Translations under genes and position numbers: made by a program
Shown here: positions 61,198 to 64,000 of the stretch, piece by piece
Layout: the number at the start of each line of letters is the position of its first letter
How positions within the stretch are numbered: the stretch's first letter is position 1
The notes under the pieces: model-generated
Database searches by the model: none
Told to the model about the DNA's origin: nothing
What the model saw: the letters and a program-made list of their open reading frames with translations, nothing else
Assembly: GCA_045589755.1 (NCBI GenBank)
Contig: JAZNPR010000010.1
Coordinates: 11,439 to 75,438, forward strand
Length of the DNA: 64,000 nt
DNA from: Paludibacteraceae bacterium
Lineage (GTDB): Bacteria > Bacteroidota > Bacteroidia > Bacteroidales > Paludibacteraceae
Reading direction: 5' to 3'

Positions 61198-64000
61198 ATG
61201 ATGAAAAGATATTTTTACATTCTACTCTTATGCGCGTGCGCGTTGTTCGTTTTTGTTGGTAATGCTGCTGCACAGATAAAAAGTGACGATATCGTTACGA
61301 TTAGTTATAAAGTGACTGATCGAAATGGTAATGTTACCTCTAACTACTTATGTGCTGATGGCACCAGCATAAATGACAAATCTACATATGATGAATCTTG
61401 TCTGTGGAAAATAGCGATTTCAGGGACAAATTATTCGTTCCAAAATGTTAAGACCCCAACATATAATTTGTACACTTACAAAAGTGGAAATACATATAGT
61501 TTAACATTAGGAGAGAATGCTTCTAGTTTTACCTTTAATGGAAGTAATGTAAACAATGTGGCGCAAGGTACCTTGTCTTATAAGTATAATAATAGTACGA
61601 GGTATATTAGATTCTCTAACAATCGTTTTCAAATGAGCAGTACCTCCACAACTCTTACCATCGAAAAATGGACTCGTGTTGAAACGAAGGGTAATGTTGT
61701 GTGTACTCCTTCGCAATCGTCACATACTTTTACTGGTTTTATAGAAGATGCAACATTATCAGAGAATGCAACGATAACGGTCAAGGTGGAGCGAGAAGCA
61801 GCAGAAGCGTATTATCAAAACATGAATAATACTACCCAGAAAATTGAGATTACTTCATCTGGTTCTACGGAAGTAACTCAGCCAACTATCGACCGTGCAT
61901 CTGCGATATGGGTATCTAGCAATAATTCCACTTCAAGTGCGACATGTGCCGTATATGGAGAGGAAACAAAGAAGCATTCACTGTTGTCTGTAGGAGCGCC
62001 GACTGCTAAAGGTAATAATACTTGGGAATTTCCTATTTCAACCATAGGGAAGAGCCCTATGGAAATGACGACTGACGATAGTAAGTGGGCAGACTATTCT
62101 GACATGATTCGATTTGCATTCCATGATAAGGAAACAGATGCAACATATTATGCCAATATAACAGTAGCACGATATTCATTTCATGAGGAAGAGTTGCCCA
62201 ATTTTGTTGTAAAGACGGAACCATCATCAGTAGTATTTACCAAAGGTGGCGGAAATAAATCACTAAAGATAACCCTTACTCATCAGCATGGTAAGCTGGT
62301 TCGTCATATGCATGGCAACATATCTGACAACACTTCGGATTACACAAAAGAGGTGGGTGTAACAAAAGAGGAGTTGACTGATTTGAGTTTTGCTACCTTC
62401 AGCGCTAAAAAAGTAACGGATGAGACAGCATCAGAATGGTTGACAGTAGGAACAATAGCTGCAGATGGTACACTTACCTTAAGTGCGCCCGCAAATGATA
62501 CGGGTGGAATGCGCACCGCACGATTGGTGGGTTTGTTTAATTATACCAATCCTTTAGACCCTTCAGATCAACACTATGAGTATATTGAAATGCAGGTTAC
62601 TCAAAACGCGAAAGATGGTAATTGGAAATTAATTCCAAACAAGGGACACTCTGGTGATAATTTTGTTAAAAACCCATATACGAAATCCGATCAGCAACAA
62701 GTGCATACTGTTGAAAAAACAATATACTACACACCTAATCAAGCCGAAATAGAGCTTCGCCTAACAGAAACAGCGTTCCGAGGTTATATGCGATGGTACG
62801 ATTATCAAACCGGATGTAATCCCGTTTATAATGCTGACGCGAATCAACGTACTACATGGCAAACAGCACCTGGATATGGTACTACTACTAACTTTACCGA
62901 AATAAATACCACAGAAGGGGATTCGTATGGACTATATGCGGTGGTAAATAACAAAGGAAATATTACTAATCCCAATACACCAAGATTAAAAGGGTGGGCT
63001 GATGGTCAGCCACATATCATGGCTTGTGATGTGAGTTCACACAAGGATTATACCGTTGATAATACGAATCAGACAATTACAGAACCTACGCTTTCTTATC
63101 GTCAACTATTCCATTTGCGTCCAGCTGCGGAGATGGCTGATAAATTTAAGGCGGCTGCTAGTATAACAGATGGCAGTCAGTTCTTAGAGAATTACGAGTA
63201 CACAGCCCCAAGTGGTAAGACGGTAATGCTTTCCACACAATTTAGGTACAAATCGTTTACAAAACCTCGTAACTCACATAGTTCCGAGTTCTGCTACTAT
63301 TACTATAAAAACGGTACTAGTGGCGAATTGGGGCAAGTGGGCGTAACTGCAGATGTAACTGCTAAATGGTACAAGGTAAATGGCGCGACACTAACGGAAG
63401 TGGAAAATCCAACATACCCTACCTTCGACTATCTGCAAATTGCAGGTCAGGCGGCAAATACGGAGGCTGAGTATCAGCTGATTGTCTCTGGTGTACATGG
63501 AGGAAAAGACTTAAAAATTGCACGCTTTGTAGTCAAGTTTGTGGATATTAACACACATGGTCCGGTGAATTCGATAATGACTCAGGCAGATATTGCTGCG
63601 AGGTATCAAATTCTTGAGTATAATGATTTTAGTTTTGGCGCAGCTGCTCCTGGCACAGGGAATATGACACATCTATACAAACATTTGCCTTGGGAGGAAA
63701 GTACATATGGTTATTTTTACCCCACCAATGTGGCTAATGAATGTGATAGGCAGAATACGGACATCCCATATTATGGTGAATACGCCCTAATAAATTACTA
63801 CAGTAAAAACTGGGCGGGTGGTGCTCAACATGGTGGTGCAGACAAAGGTTATGCGCTATTTGTGGATGGAACGACGGAACCTGGCTTGGTGGCAAGTATT
63901 TCTACCGATGCGGTAATCTGCTCGGGCCAAACATTATACTGCTCGGTTTGGCTGATGAACCCTCGTAAGAATAACCAAGGTGGAACACCTCCTGTTTTCC
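61198..64000 (+). CDS. giant secreted protein, 5' part only (runs off the window), paralog of 53466..60179
   Basis: Not on the ORF track because it has no stop in the window. My translation from ATG 61198 is open to position 63999: MMKRYFYILLLCACALFVFVGNAAAQ... Blocks shared with the 2237-aa protein include EKTIYYTPNQAEIELRLTETAFRGYMRWYDYQTGCNPVYN, EPTLSYRQLFHLRPAAEMADKF, ILEYNDFSFGAAAPGTGN and FVDGTTEPGLVASISTDAVICSGQTLYCSVWLMNP. Confidence 0.8.
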   Translation, partial: MMKRYFYILLLCACALFVFVGNAAAQIKSDDIVTISYKVTDRNGNVTSNYLCADGTSINDKSTYDESCLWKIAISGTNYSFQNVKTPTYNLYTYKSGNTYSLTLGENASSFTFNGSNVNNVAQGTLSYKYNNSTRYIRFSNNRFQMSSTSTTLTIEKWTRVETKGNVVCTPSQSSHTFTGFIEDATLSENATITVKVEREAAEAYYQNMNNTTQKIEITSSGSTEVTQPTIDRASAIWVSSNNSTSSATCAVYGEETKKHSLLSVGAPTAKGNNTWEFPISTIGKSPMEMTTDDSKWADYSDMIRFAFHDKETDATYYANITVARYSFHEEELPNFVVKTEPSSVVFTKGGGNKSLKITLTHQHGKLVRHMHGNISDNTSDYTKEVGVTKEELTDLSFATFSAKKVTDETASEWLTVGTIAADGTLTLSAPANDTGGMRTARLVGLFNYTNPLDPSDQHYEYIEMQVTQNAKDGNWKLIPNKGHSGDNFVKNPYTKSDQQQVHTVEKTIYYTPNQAEIELRLTETAFRGYMRWYDYQTGCNPVYNADANQRTTWQTAPGYGTTTNFTEINTTEGDSYGLYAVVNNKGNITNPNTPRLKGWADGQPHIMACDVSSHKDYTVDNTNQTITEPTLSYRQLFHLRPAAEMADKFKAAASITDGSQFLENYEYTAPSGKTVMLSTQFRYKSFTKPRNSHSSEFCYYYYKNGTSGELGQVGVTADVTAKWYKVNGATLTEVENPTYPTFDYLQIAGQAANTEAEYQLIVSGVHGGKDLKIARFVVKFVDINTHGPVNSIMTQADIAARYQILEYNDFSFGAAAPGTGNMTHLYKHLPWEESTYGYFYPTNVANECDRQNTDIPYYGEYALINYYSKNWAGGAQHGGADKGYALFVDGTTEPGLVASISTDAVICSGQTLYCSVWLMNPRKNNQGGTPPVF

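Overview
This window reads as a Bacteroidota chromosome, probably Prevotellaceae-like. That assignment is an inference from three things: TAnnTTTG -7 promoter boxes in front of most genes, no Shine-Dalgarno sequences, and several proteins ending in T9SS C-terminal sorting domains. I had no search tools, so every product call rests on motifs I recognise in the translations.

Layout:
- 1-6.3 kb is an accessory, mobile-element-like module. It holds two small basic paralogous proteins, an atypical CAU tRNA, a Mor-like HTH gene, iteron/AT-rich ori-like DNA, an ORF frameshifted at a C7 tract, a DUF3127 gene, and a VirE-N/DUF3987 primase-helicase-like gene.
- 6.3-44.5 kb is mostly housekeeping: recJ, tdk, pepD, ansA, priA, pepO, glgB, nagB, cysS, parAB, gldG, a PPIase, nrnA and tsaD. 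Interspersed are T9SS cargo genes (a BspA-type LRR protein and an ExeM/NucH-type nuclease), tRNA-Pro with a duplicated 3' end, and an exosortase-family gene.
- 44.6-64 kb is a second accessory locus. An operon of a membrane AraC regulator and two more small basic paralogs is transcribed divergently, across a 214-bp x2 tandem repeat, from two cassettes. Each cassette has a ~160-aa protein ending in a conserved SPVGD + TM helix + basic tail, followed by giant secreted proteins (1771 aa, 2237 aa and >934 aa). The last two are clear paralogs, and the two complete proteins (1771 and 2237 aa) carry T9SS CTDs.

The small-protein/giant-cargo cassettes plus the SPVGD tail, a possible sorting signal with an exosortase-like gene 4 kb away, are my top candidate for an undescribed system.

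A second notable feature is a family of short 'word' repeats (CCAATA / GGCGGAACGCC / CCGATA types). Members are inserted in frame into recJ, priA and nrnA, and one supplies the stop codon of a gene, much like Rickettsia RPEs.
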